The translations under genes and the position numbers were made by a program. Under the pieces are notes generated by a model. The model had not been told where the DNA came from. It worked only from the letters and a program-made list of their open reading frames with translations, and ran no database searches. Below, piece by piece: positions 29,746 to 38,999 of a DNA stretch of 64,000 bases. The first letter of the stretch is position 1. Each line of letters starts with the position of its first letter. The DNA is taken from positions 92,714 through 156,713 of the forward strand of contig CAWBCD010000021.1 of assembly GCA_963787205.1 (NCBI GenBank). The letters are read 5' to 3'. Source of the stretch: an uncultured bacterium. Its GTDB lineage: Bacteria > Bacteroidota > Rhodothermia > Balneolales > DATFMH01.

Positions 29746-32055
29746 TCACGGCCACTCCTGTGCAGGGATGGTTTCGTCTCTGCCCCATCTTTTATTCGGC
29801 TTGCGACCCATCCTAAATACAATCTTGCCGCCGTTTTTCAACTGATCGAAGGGCAGGAAGGGACTGTTCCATTTCTTGCCGTTCAGCACAACGGACTGGA
29901 TGTATATATTTTTAGGAGACTGGTTTTCAGCGATCATCGTAAAATCCTTGCCGTCTGAAAGGTGCATGACAGCCTTCTTAACCAGCGGACTCCCAATCAC
30001 ATAATAACTGCTTCCAGGACAGACCGGGTAAAATCCCATCGTATTAAATATATACCAAGCCGACATCTGCCCGCAGTCGTCATTGCCTTTCAGCGAGTTG
30101 GGTTTATCCCCGTACATAAGTTTCACGATCTGATGGATGCGCATTTGTGTTTTCCACGGCTGACCGGCATAGCAATATAAGAACGCGATGTGATGACTCG
30201 GTTCGTTGCCATGAGCATATTCCCCTATCAAACCTGTAATATCGAGTGTGTCCCCGTTTTGAACGGTGCCCGGACGCATGGTAAACAGGGAATCAAGTTT
30301 TTCAGTAAACCGTTTCTTCCCTCCCATAAGCTTGATCAGGCCCGGTACATCCTGCGGTACGAACCAACTGTACTGCCAGCTTGTGCCTTCGGTGAAATCG
30401 CCGCCTTCCACATATTGATGCGGATGAAATGGGGTATGCCAGTGGCCATGGGAGTCCTTGCCGCGCATCAACCCGTACGTCGGATCGAAGAGATTTTTGT
30501 AGCTTTCGGCACGTTTCATGAAGTACTGGTAGTCCTGCTGCTTGCCGAGAGCTTTGGCCATCTGTGCGATGCACCAGTCGTCGTACGCGTATTCCAGCGT
30601 TTTGGATACCGATTCGTTTTCCTCGTCGTCCGGAACGTATCCAAGTTTGGCAAAAGTCGATGCATGGTCATAGTTCGGGTTCATCGCCGTCTTCTTGATG
30701 GCTTCATAAGCTCGTTCCGGGTCAAATCCCTTAACGCCTTTCATATAAGCATCAACGATGACGGGCACGGCGTGATAACCGATCATGCACCATGTTTCAT
30801 TGCCCTGAAGCGACCATACCGGCAGCATGTGCTCCACGCTCTGATCATAGTGGGCAAGCATGGAGTTGACCATGTCTCCGTCCCGTTTCGACTGAACGAG
30901 TGCAAGGAGCGGGTGCTCGGCGCGGAACGTGTCCCAAAGTGAAAAAATCGTGTATTTGGTAAACCCTTTGGCTTTGTGTATTTCCCAATCGAGACCCCGG
31001 TACTTCCCGTTGACGTCTTCATAAAGATTGGGCGTCAGGAAAGAGTGGTAGAGCGAGGTGTAGAAGGTCTCCATCTGGTCTTTCGTGCCGTCAATCCGAA
31101 TCTTATCGAGTTGCTTTTCCCATTTATCACGGGTCTCGCGGCGGACGCGGCTGAAGTTCCAGTCTGGTATCTCCGCATCCAGGTTTTGCATGGCATCGGA
31201 CTCACTGACCGCCGATATACCCACCTTGATCATAATTTGTTCATTGGCGTGTGTCTTAAATTGGGCCAGGAATTTCAGGTCCTTACCCGACGCCTCGCGC
31301 GCACTCCGGAACCGGTAGGTATTGTAGATGACGGGCTTCCCATCCATCATGATGCGGAAGTGTTCAAACGGTTTGGAATAGCGGGCGGCAAAATAGAGAT
31401 ACCGTTCCTTTGCCCAGCCATGAACAAGATGAAAACCGGTTATGGTCGAATCGTTAAGTACACGGATATGCGACCAGATTACATTCCAGCGCAGAACGTG
31501 TTTGAGATCAGTCAGCACAAACGCACTGTCGGAGGCCGGGAACGTAAAACGCATCAATCCTGCGCGTTCAGTGCAGGTCAGCTCTACATTGATGCCCGAA
31601 TCCTGCAACCTGACCTGGTAATAACCGGGAGATGCCTGTTCATCATTATGAGAATAACGCTGGCGATGGCCCGAATCGGGATCCTGCTTCGTTCCTTCAG
31701 CGAGCAACGGACGCCCGATGTTTGGCATAAACAGGAAATCACCCAGATCGGGAATGCCCGTACCTGAAAGGTGGGTCATGCTGAAACCGATGATCGATTT
31801 ATCAGAGTATTCATATCCTGAAGCAGTGGCCCACAGCGAGTCATCCGTATCGGGACCAATCTGTACCATCCCAAAAGGGGCCGATGGTCCCGGGAACGTA
31901 TTGCCGTCACCCTCTGTGCCAACGAATGGATTTACAAAGTCGACTAGTGAAGTATCCTTATCAGCCGGTTGTTGTTTCTTTTTAGGTATCCCGGCAACAA
32001 GAAGGGAAGGGATGCATATCAATACAAAAAGCAGGGGAACTCGTTTATTGACCAT
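29746..32055 (-). CDS. GH92-family alpha-mannosidase, secreted
   Basis: 769 aa with a signal peptide. The N-terminal motif NPFVGTEGDGNTFPGPSAPFGMVQIGPDT is diagnostic of GH92. Confidence 0.9.
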   Translation of the reverse strand: MVNKRVPLLFVLICIPSLLVAGIPKKKQQPADKDTSLVDFVNPFVGTEGDGNTFPGPSAPFGMVQIGPDTDDSLWATASGYEYSDKSIIGFSMTHLSGTGIPDLGDFLFMPNIGRPLLAEGTKQDPDSGHRQRYSHNDEQASPGYYQVRLQDSGINVELTCTERAGLMRFTFPASDSAFVLTDLKHVLRWNVIWSHIRVLNDSTITGFHLVHGWAKERYLYFAARYSKPFEHFRIMMDGKPVIYNTYRFRSAREASGKDLKFLAQFKTHANEQIMIKVGISAVSESDAMQNLDAEIPDWNFSRVRRETRDKWEKQLDKIRIDGTKDQMETFYTSLYHSFLTPNLYEDVNGKYRGLDWEIHKAKGFTKYTIFSLWDTFRAEHPLLALVQSKRDGDMVNSMLAHYDQSVEHMLPVWSLQGNETWCMIGYHAVPVIVDAYMKGVKGFDPERAYEAIKKTAMNPNYDHASTFAKLGYVPDDEENESVSKTLEYAYDDWCIAQMAKALGKQQDYQYFMKRAESYKNLFDPTYGLMRGKDSHGHWHTPFHPHQYVEGGDFTEGTSWQYSWFVPQDVPGLIKLMGGKKRFTEKLDSLFTMRPGTVQNGDTLDITGLIGEYAHGNEPSHHIAFLYCYAGQPWKTQMRIHQIVKLMYGDKPNSLKGNDDCGQMSAWYIFNTMGFYPVCPGSSYYVIGSPLVKKAVMHLSDGKDFTMIAENQSPKNIYIQSVVLNGKKWNSPFLPFDQLKNGGKIVFRMGRKPNKRWGRDETIPAQEWP

Positions 32056-32186
32056 CGGTATATCAATTTAAATGAATGGGACGTGACAGAATAACAACTA
32101 GCTGTGAAAAAAACAGTAAATTTATGACTACCTCATCAATAGATGAGTGTTATAGTTAAGAATAGCTTTGTTAACTAGTAATGCTG

Positions 32187-32213
32187 TTGGTCCAGGTTAC
32201 AAACCTGAACCGG
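32187..32213. repeat. REP-like palindromic element, copy 3 (opposite loop orientation)
   Basis: TTGGTCCAGGTT-aca-AACCTGAACCGG, with one arm mismatch relative to copy 2. Confidence 0.65.
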
Positions 32214-32371
32214 GAGGTGATGCTATTTAGAGGGGGGACGTGTATGTGTGCTTGATTCCATATTATTATTACGCTGATATCATTTATTCCATGTTACTCA
32301 ATAAATTCGGGATAATTATTGAAGTCACGGATCTGAGCTGTTTTTAAAATATCGCGAAAATCAATTCCAAT

Positions 32372-32386
32372 CTGGTTCAAGTTTGC
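32372..32386. repeat. REP-like half-site, copy 4, about 87 nt upstream of the transposase pseudogene
   Basis: CTGGTTCAAGTTTGC matches the left arm of copy 1. It is followed by a small CCCCG/CGGGG hairpin. Confidence 0.45.
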
Positions 32387-32472
32387 CCCGGTAAATCGGG
32401 GGACCATAGTACCTCCTATTTCAAAAATTACTACATTCAGTAAAGCCAATATTCATCAATCGAGAGTAACAA

Positions 32473-33093
32473 ATGAGCCGGAAGTACAAATTCTGTGATT
32501 CTACGCGCCCCTATTTTGTCAGCTATGCAACCGTTCATTGGATTGATCTGTTCACAATAAGTTTCACAAATTAACCATGGAGGTGGATTGATACTTGCCG
32601 GGAATGATAAATGGGAAGCTAGCTGCCAACTCCAAGCACTACGGATGTCATCCTGAACCCTGATGGAGTGTAACTCATTAGCAATGACGTTTTTTGGGTG
32701 AAGGATCTCGTTCGCAGCCGGGAACTATCGGTGCAACTGATCCCATCGTTTAGGCCTGCAGACCAGATCCTACTTCCTCCGGCAAGCCGGAGAAAATCAG
32801 GATGACATCTTTGGGTTTGGGGTTTGCCATAGGGAGCAAGGAAAGAGTGGATTTTGAGGATGTTCAGCAGTGCAGGTTAAAAGAACTCCAATAACAAAAC
32901 CTGGCAGGTGTGGCAGCAACATAACCATCCTGTTGAATTAGCTTACAATAAAATGATCGAACAACGCCTGAATTACCTTCATATGAATCCTGTGAAAGCT
33001 GGTTATGTCGACCGTCCTGAGGATTGGCTCTATAGCAGCACCAAACAAGATGCAGGTTTACCCGGGATGCTCAAGCTTGAGCTGATTGAGTGA
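32473..33093 (+). pseudogene. Degraded Y1 (HUH) transposase gene of the RAYT/IS200-like 'MSRKYKF' family
   Basis: The frame is conserved end to end but carries about 7 in-frame stops. The N-terminus MSRKYKFCDSTRPYFVSYATVHWIDLFT and C-terminus WQQHNHPVELAYNKMIEQRLNYLHMNPVKAGYVDRPEDWLYSS match the family as I remember it. The HUH position reads TTDVIL (H to D and H to I). An extra ~70 nt is present at 32763-32826. Confidence 0.75.
32763..32826. repeat. Hairpin-containing element, locus A (homologous to 53989-54065)
   Basis: cCAGATCCTACttcctccggc-aa-gccggagaaAAATCAGGATGACATCTTTgggtttg. The flanks are shared with locus B, and the stem differs from B by paired substitutions. Confidence 0.7.
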
Positions 33094-33104
33094 TTTGATG
33101 GCGT

Positions 33105-33118
33105 GTACTGGTCCAAGT
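33105..33118. repeat. REP-like half-site, copy 5, 12 nt downstream of the transposase pseudogene
   Basis: GTACTGGTCCAAGT matches the arm of copy 2 (ACTGGTCCAGGT) with one mismatch. Confidence 0.45.
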
Positions 33119-33241
33119 ATGATAATCATAGATCAATGATATTGGTCTATTGCTATGCAATAGCTTAGATAATTGTAAGGTATGTAAGTCTTGTCTGTCA
33201 TTGTATTAGTCCCTATTATCGTTATATATAGGGAGCGAATT

Positions 33242-34426
33242 ATGGGAGAGAATGTTGATATATCCGCATTGCGCATCCGGCGTGATGCCAATCCGCCTGA
33301 AAGAAATAACCGCAGGAACCGTGGATGGATAATCATTGCCGTTTTTCTCGTCATGGCTGTTGCGGCTGGATATATTTTCGTAGTCACGGGCGCCGCTGAC
33401 CCCGAGGTTGGTGTGTCGACGGTTATCCGCTCAGGCAATAACAAGGCGCAAAGCATGCTGACTGCCAGCGGTTATGTGGTGGCACAACGTGAGGCGGCCG
33501 TCGCATCAAAAGGAACGGGACGACTCGTATATCTTGGCGTTGAAGAGGGCGATCGGGTGACCCATGGGCAGATTATTGCACGGCTGGAGGATTCCGACGT
33601 TCTTGCTTCCCTGGCCAGTGCCCGGGCCAATCTGTCTGTTGTACGTGCTGATTCGGCTGAAGCAGCATTGAACCTGCAGCGCCAACAAGCGCTGCAAGAC
33701 CAAAATCTCACTTCCCAGGCAAATCTCGATGCGGCCAAAACGGCATATCAAAAGGTTATTGCAAATATTGGTCTGGCAGCCGCAAATATTCGGGAAGCGG
33801 AAGTGGCCGTTGAAAATACGGTAATCCGTGCTCCTTTCGACGGGACGGTATTGACCAAAAATGCCGATGTTGGCGAGATTGTGGCTCCTTTTGCCGCATC
33901 GGCGAACTCCCGCGGCGCAGTGGTAACCATAGCCGACATGTCATCGCTGGAAGTGGAAGCCGATGTCTCCGAATCCAATATAACACTCGTGAAACTGAAC
34001 CAGCCATGTGAAATCGGGCTGGATGCCTATCCTGATCAGCGTTACCGGGGTTACGTGAAGAAAATCGTGCCCACCGCCGATCGCAGCAAGGCTACCGTGA
34101 TGGTCAAAGTCGCATTTGACTCGCTCGACAGCAGGGTTCTCCCCGAGATGAGCACGAAGGTTCAGTTCCTGTCTAAAGCAAGACCAGCGAATGAATACAG
34201 CGATGCAAGGATGCTCACCGTTCCCACCACCTCTATTTTGAAACGTGATCGGAGAACCTATGTACTGCTTGTCAACAGCGGAGTGATCGAGGAGCGTGAG
34301 GTCGAGTTAGGTCAGTCGTTACGTGACAGGACGGTGGTCCAGGAAGGATTGAAGCAGGGTGATCAGGTTGTGACCGAGCCGACGGTAAATCTGAAAGCAG
34401 GGACAAAAATAAGAGTGAAACGGTAA
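33242..34426 (+). CDS. HlyD/MacA-type periplasmic adaptor (membrane fusion) protein
   Basis: The track ORF begins at TTG 33191. ATG 33242 (MGENVD) follows AGGGAG. It has an N-terminal TM anchor, a coiled-coil hairpin region and a beta-barrel C-terminus. Confidence 0.85.
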   Translation: MGENVDISALRIRRDANPPERNNRRNRGWIIIAVFLVMAVAAGYIFVVTGAADPEVGVSTVIRSGNNKAQSMLTASGYVVAQREAAVASKGTGRLVYLGVEEGDRVTHGQIIARLEDSDVLASLASARANLSVVRADSAEAALNLQRQQALQDQNLTSQANLDAAKTAYQKVIANIGLAAANIREAEVAVENTVIRAPFDGTVLTKNADVGEIVAPFAASANSRGAVVTIADMSSLEVEADVSESNITLVKLNQPCEIGLDAYPDQRYRGYVKKIVPTADRSKATVMVKVAFDSLDSRVLPEMSTKVQFLSKARPANEYSDARMLTVPTTSILKRDRRTYVLLVNSGVIEEREVELGQSLRDRTVVQEGLKQGDQVVTEPTVNLKAGTKIRVKR

Positions 34427-34443
34427 CTCTAAGGTGAAAAGCA

Positions 34444-35160
34444 ATGGAATCTCCAACAAGCGGACAGGTTCTAATAGAGTTGAAAGAAATCTCAAAATCC
34501 TATTTCAAAGACAGGATTAAAATTCCTGTGCTGTCCAATATCTCGCTGTCTATTCCGGAAGGAGAGTTTATCGCGTTCATGGGGCCGTCCGGCTCTGGGA
34601 AAACCACCCTTCTAAATCTGATTGCCGGGATCGATCATCCCGACAACGGACATGTGATTATCGATGGCGTGGATATTGCAAAACTGGGGGAATCCAGACT
34701 GGCTGTCTGGCGATCGCACCATGTCGGATTTGTCTTCCAGTTTTACAACCTGATTCCGGTGCTCACCGCCTATCAGAATGTCGAGCTGCCGTTGTTGCTG
34801 ACCAATCTTTCCAGGAAGGAAAAACGGGAACATGTGAAAACGGCTTTGAAAATCGTGGGATTGGAAGACCGGATGAGCCATTTCCCACGACAACTGTCCG
34901 GCGGCCAGGAACAGCGGGTGGCCATCGCCCGGGCAATCGTCACCGATCCGACTATTATCGTAGCGGATGAACCGACCGGTGATCTCGATAAAACTTCTGC
35001 CGAAGAGGTGCTCGACCTGATGATCCAGTTAAACCGTCGGTTCAACAAGACCATTGTCATGGTGACGCACGATCCCCGCGCCGCTGAAAAGGCACACAAA
35101 GTGATCCATCTCGATAAAGGAGAACTGAAGCCGTATGAACCTACTGAAGCTGGTCTTTAA
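34444..35160 (+). CDS. ABC transporter ATP-binding protein (MacB/LolD-type)
   Basis: Walker [10 protein letters not shown], signature LSGGQEQR and Walker B IIVADEPT. Confidence 0.9.
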   Translation: MESPTSGQVLIELKEISKSYFKDRIKIPVLSNISLSIPEGEFIAFMGPSGSGKTTLLNLIAGIDHPDNGHVIIDGVDIAKLGESRLAVWRSHHVGFVFQFYNLIPVLTAYQNVELPLLLTNLSRKEKREHVKTALKIVGLEDRMSHFPRQLSGGQEQRVAIARAIVTDPTIIVADEPTGDLDKTSAEEVLDLMIQLNRRFNKTIVMVTHDPRAAEKAHKVIHLDKGELKPYEPTEAGL

Positions 35161-36292
35161 AAATATATTTCGGCACAAACTGCGATCCATGCTCACCATT
35201 ATTGGAATTGCTGTGACGATCCTGGCTTTTGGTCTGCTGCGGACACTGATAGCAGCATGGTACGCAGGGGTGGAAGCCTCAGCTGATAATCGGTTGATCA
35301 CGCGTAACTCGGTATCCTTTGTCTTTCCGCTTCCGCTGGCTTACCGCGATCAGATTGCCAATGTGCCGGGTGTGGCACAGGTAACCTATGCCAATTGGTT
35401 CCAGGGCATTTACATTGATCAGAACCAGTTTTTCCCGCGGATGGGTGTTGATGCCGAGACGTTTTTTGAAGGTTATCCCGAATTTTTGATCACTCCGGAT
35501 GAACTGACTGAATTCAAAAACGAACGCAACGCCTGTGTTGTAGGGTCGATTATAGCGCAGAGATACAACCTGCATCTGGGTGATATTATGCAGATCAAAG
35601 GGGACATCTATCCCGGAGATTATGAGTTTGTTGTTCGTGGCATTTACAGACCGCGCGATAGCAATACCGATGCCACACAGATGTTTTTTCATTGGGATTA
35701 TCTCAATGAACATGTCAAGGAAATCGGATACGATGCCAATATGGTCGGCTGGTATATCATAACCGTTAACGATCCGGATAAATCGGCGGCGATTAGTGAA
35801 TCTATCGATGCCTTATTCAGGAACTCAAGGGCTGAGACCAAGACAGAGACCGAAGCTGCTTTTGCCCACAGTTTTATAAGCATGTCAGACGCTATTCTGA
35901 AATCCATCAATGCTATATCTATCATTATTATCGGCATCATTATACTGGTACTGGCTAATACGATGGCAATGACCGCACGAGAACGAATGCAGGAATATGC
36001 AGTCTTGAAAACTCTGGGATTCTCCGGTTCATTTCTTACTTATCTTATTTATGGCGAGGCTCTGCTGATCTCAGTTTTGGGAGGCATTATCGGAATTCTA
36101 CTCACTTTCCCTCTTGCCAGGGCCGTCCAAGAGGCAGTACCGGCCGGTTATTTCCCTGTTTTTGATGTGACTGCAGGGACCATTCTGCTTTGTGGGCTGA
36201 CTGTACTGGTTGTCAGCATCTTTTCGTCGGCTTATCCGGTTTGGAAGGCACGATCGCAAACGATTGTCGATGGGTTGAGGCAAATAGGATAG
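35135..36292 (+). CDS. FtsX-like ABC permease (MacB-type), copy 1
   Basis: 385 aa. N-terminus [18 protein letters not shown], a large periplasmic loop and a C-terminal FtsX 3-TM bundle. It overlaps the end of the ATPase gene by 26 nt. Confidence 0.85.
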   Translation: MNLLKLVFKNIFRHKLRSMLTIIGIAVTILAFGLLRTLIAAWYAGVEASADNRLITRNSVSFVFPLPLAYRDQIANVPGVAQVTYANWFQGIYIDQNQFFPRMGVDAETFFEGYPEFLITPDELTEFKNERNACVVGSIIAQRYNLHLGDIMQIKGDIYPGDYEFVVRGIYRPRDSNTDATQMFFHWDYLNEHVKEIGYDANMVGWYIITVNDPDKSAAISESIDALFRNSRAETKTETEAAFAHSFISMSDAILKSINAISIIIIGIIILVLANTMAMTARERMQEYAVLKTLGFSGSFLTYLIYGEALLISVLGGIIGILLTFPLARAVQEAVPAGYFPVFDVTAGTILLCGLTVLVVSIFSSAYPVWKARSQTIVDGLRQIG

Positions 36293-36308
36293 CTCCGGAG
36301 GAACAGCC

Positions 36309-37487
36309 ATGAAAAATATTCCATTTATGTATAGCATCCGGAACCTGTTTGCCCGTCGAATCACTTTCGTTTTGACGCTGTCTGGCATCGCCCTGGTCGT
36401 GTTTGTTTTTTGTGCCGTATTGATGTTGGCCCATGGATTACAAAAGACGATGGTCGACACGGGATCAAAGAATAATGTTATCCTGTATCGCAAGGGATCC
36501 GATTCGGAATTGAGCAGCGGGGTTAACAGGGAACTCGTGAACGTGATTGCCACACTCCCTCAAATCGCTGAAGACAACGCAGGTCGGCCGATGCTTTCTT
36601 CTGAAGTCGTCGTCATTATCAATCTTAACCGGAAGGGCATTGGCGACATGGGAAACGTTTCGGCACGCGGGGTAACTCCCGAAACAGCCTTTGAATTGCG
36701 TAAGGATGTGAAGATCGTGGAAGGACGCACTTTCAAACCGGGTTCACGTGAAATTATCATTGGGAGGGCAATACAGCAACGGTTTCAGAATACCGATATC
36801 GGTCAGACGATTAAATTTGGTGGAGATGAATGGACGATCGTCGGCATCCATGAAGCGAAGGGTACGGCATTCGAATCGGAGATCTGGGGAGATGCCGACC
36901 AGATGATGCAGGCGTTCAACCGTCAGGGGGCATATTCGTCGGTAATAGTACGCCTGAAGAACCCTGCCGACACGACATCACTCAGCCAAAACCTTGAGAG
37001 CGATAACCGGCTGCTGACTATTAAGGCGGAATCGGAGCCGGATTACTATCGGCGTCAGTCGCGGTTTTTGGCGATCTTTATTCGGGTATTGGGGCTATCG
37101 ATTACTTTCATTTTCAGTATTGGTGCCGTGATTGGCGCGATGATTACCATGTATACCGCTGTCGCCAATCGAACAAGGGAAATCGGCATCCTTCGGGCAC
37201 TCGGTTTCAGAAGGCGAAGCGTATTGGTGGCGTTCCTGGTTGAGTCGATTATCCTGTCTTTGATAGGTGGCGGAATCGGCATCCTGATGGCTTCATTCCT
37301 GCAGTTCCTTAGCTTTTCCACGATCAATTTTGGTACATTCTCAGATATCACCTTTGGCTATGTCCTGTCCTCTCAAACCATTATCGCTGCATTGATTTTC
37401 GCTGTCTTTATGGGGATAATCGGTGGTTTTCTTCCCGCAGTGCGTGCCTCAAGACAGGATATTCTCGGAGCATTAAGGGCGGGATAA
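36309..37487 (+). CDS. FtsX-like ABC permease (MacB-type), copy 2
   Basis: 392 aa with the same architecture as the preceding permease. REIGILRALGFRR is typical. Confidence 0.85.
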   Translation: MKNIPFMYSIRNLFARRITFVLTLSGIALVVFVFCAVLMLAHGLQKTMVDTGSKNNVILYRKGSDSELSSGVNRELVNVIATLPQIAEDNAGRPMLSSEVVVIINLNRKGIGDMGNVSARGVTPETAFELRKDVKIVEGRTFKPGSREIIIGRAIQQRFQNTDIGQTIKFGGDEWTIVGIHEAKGTAFESEIWGDADQMMQAFNRQGAYSSVIVRLKNPADTTSLSQNLESDNRLLTIKAESEPDYYRRQSRFLAIFIRVLGLSITFIFSIGAVIGAMITMYTAVANRTREIGILRALGFRRRSVLVAFLVESIILSLIGGGIGILMASFLQFLSFSTINFGTFSDITFGYVLSSQTIIAALIFAVFMGIIGGFLPAVRASRQDILGALRAG

Positions 37488-37581
37488 TCGGAGTGGAACA
37501 GGATGCAGATAACTATGTCAAAGATAAACGCAGTTACATTGGTTTTAGATGAATCTACTGTTAACTGATCATTGATCACTT

Positions 37582-38085
37582 CTATCGTCCGAAGTCGTCC
37601 TGAACTCTCACAATATCCTCTTCATCTGAGGGATTATTGGGATCGGTATGTTGCCAGATCTCGGCGACTTTTCCCCAGTTATCGAGTCCCACCAACCGAT
37701 GGCGTTCTCCCTGGTGAAGTGTTATCTGATCGCCCGATTCATATTTCTTGAGCGGGCCCTGGTCATTGGTTTCGCTGGTAATAATACCTACAGGACCATC
37801 AACCACTCTCCATATTTCAGCGCGTCGGTGATGATACTGCCATGAAAGCCTTTGATCCGGCTGAACAATCAGGATTTTGGGGCTTAATTTACCCGATATT
37901 TTCAGCTGATCCAGTGGGATACTGTCGAAGTACCTGTCTGAAAATTTTTTGGCTTGATCTTCATCTATTACAAAGAATCCGCCCCATGGCCGTTCCCTGT
38001 CCTGATCGACAATAGTGAAGCCCTGCTTTTTTAATTCTTTCTCGGTTTCATCAAACAACTTTTGTTTGGTCTGATCATCGCTCAT
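37582..38085 (-). CDS. Cupin-domain protein, type-II phosphomannose-isomerase-like
   Basis: 167 aa. ERPWGGFFVI...LSWQYHHRRAEIWRVVDG...GERHRLVG matches the PMI type-II cupin core. Confidence 0.65.
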   Translation of the reverse strand: MSDDQTKQKLFDETEKELKKQGFTIVDQDRERPWGGFFVIDEDQAKKFSDRYFDSIPLDQLKISGKLSPKILIVQPDQRLSWQYHHRRAEIWRVVDGPVGIITSETNDQGPLKKYESGDQITLHQGERHRLVGLDNWGKVAEIWQHTDPNNPSDEEDIVRVQDDFGR

Positions 38086-38229
38086 CGATAAAAAGATTTA
38101 AAGATTCATAAAGAAACAAATTATCGCCGCCCGAATTTATGAAAATTTTTTCGTCGTATGGAATTAACGAAAATGTTACCGGAACAATTCAACTTAGGAT
38201 ACGATGAACAAAACCGGATGCATCTCATA

Positions 38230-38988
38230 TTATTTTACGTGGATGATAAGTATATCATCACCCCGTAACCGTTTGCCATGATTATCTTTTGTGCCATGAT
38301 CCGTGTAACTGGCTGTCAGGATGAATACGCCATCGGGCTTGTAATTTGACGGCCGTTCCAGCCGGATAATACCTTGCAGGCCCGTTAGATAGTTAAGATC
38401 CGGATTACTGCCGTTCTGCATGATCCATCGTACTATGCTCTGTGCCTGCTGAGTTGTGAGATCGGGATGCGACGGCATCACTGCATTTCCCCAAATACCG
38501 GTTGAACCATTTATAATATGTTCTGCCAATCGTTCAATGTCAGGTTTTGTGGCGGGATATTTCCGGCTTATTGCCGTGAAAGACGGACCGATTCTGGTAG
38601 CATCAAAAGCATGGCACGTAATACAGTTTGATGTCCTGATTGCAGCAAGACCTCGCGGGTCGGGTTTTGACGCCTGAACAGTGTCTTGTGAAATTTTTGA
38701 TGGATCCGGCTCATACCGGACCTCCATAAAGACTTCGGATGGGGTGATTTCGCCGTATTTGGAATCCCCGTCTTCTTGATCCGATACCCTGATTTTATAG
38801 CGAATCTGGGTATCCCATTTGAAATCACTACTATTTTCAGGAGTGATGATCCTGACCACCGGACGGTGATTCCCCGGCTCCGATCGAAGAGGAGTTGTTT
38901 TATTTGGTAAGGCGTTCGTCACGTTTCCAACCGTAAGCAGAAGGGATAAAATCCACAAACTTTTTAGAGAGAACCTGTATTTCATCAT
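38230..38988 (-). CDS. Secreted c-type cytochrome with N-terminal beta-rich domain
   Basis: 252 aa with a signal peptide, a single heme motif CITCH and a distal Met region (GNAVMPSHP). It starts 11 nt after the stop of the amine-oxidase-like gene. Confidence 0.8.
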   Translation of the reverse strand: MMKYRFSLKSLWILSLLLTVGNVTNALPNKTTPLRSEPGNHRPVVRIITPENSSDFKWDTQIRYKIRVSDQEDGDSKYGEITPSEVFMEVRYEPDPSKISQDTVQASKPDPRGLAAIRTSNCITCHAFDATRIGPSFTAISRKYPATKPDIERLAEHIINGSTGIWGNAVMPSHPDLTTQQAQSIVRWIMQNGSNPDLNYLTGLQGIIRLERPSNYKPDGVFILTASYTDHGTKDNHGKRLRGDDILIIHVK

Positions 38989-38999
38989 TATTATTCTCT

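Noticed and set aside
32644-32809. Interpretation of the 13-bp inverted repeat GATGTCATCCTGA / TCAGGATGACATC as the terminal inverted repeats of a 166-bp MITE inserted into the transposase gene.
   Set aside because: The left repeat sits at the expected HUH codons of the host gene (codons 58-61, reading DVIL). The gene is only about 24 codons too long, not about 55. The left arm is therefore native coding sequence, and only about 65 nt (32763-32826) is extra.
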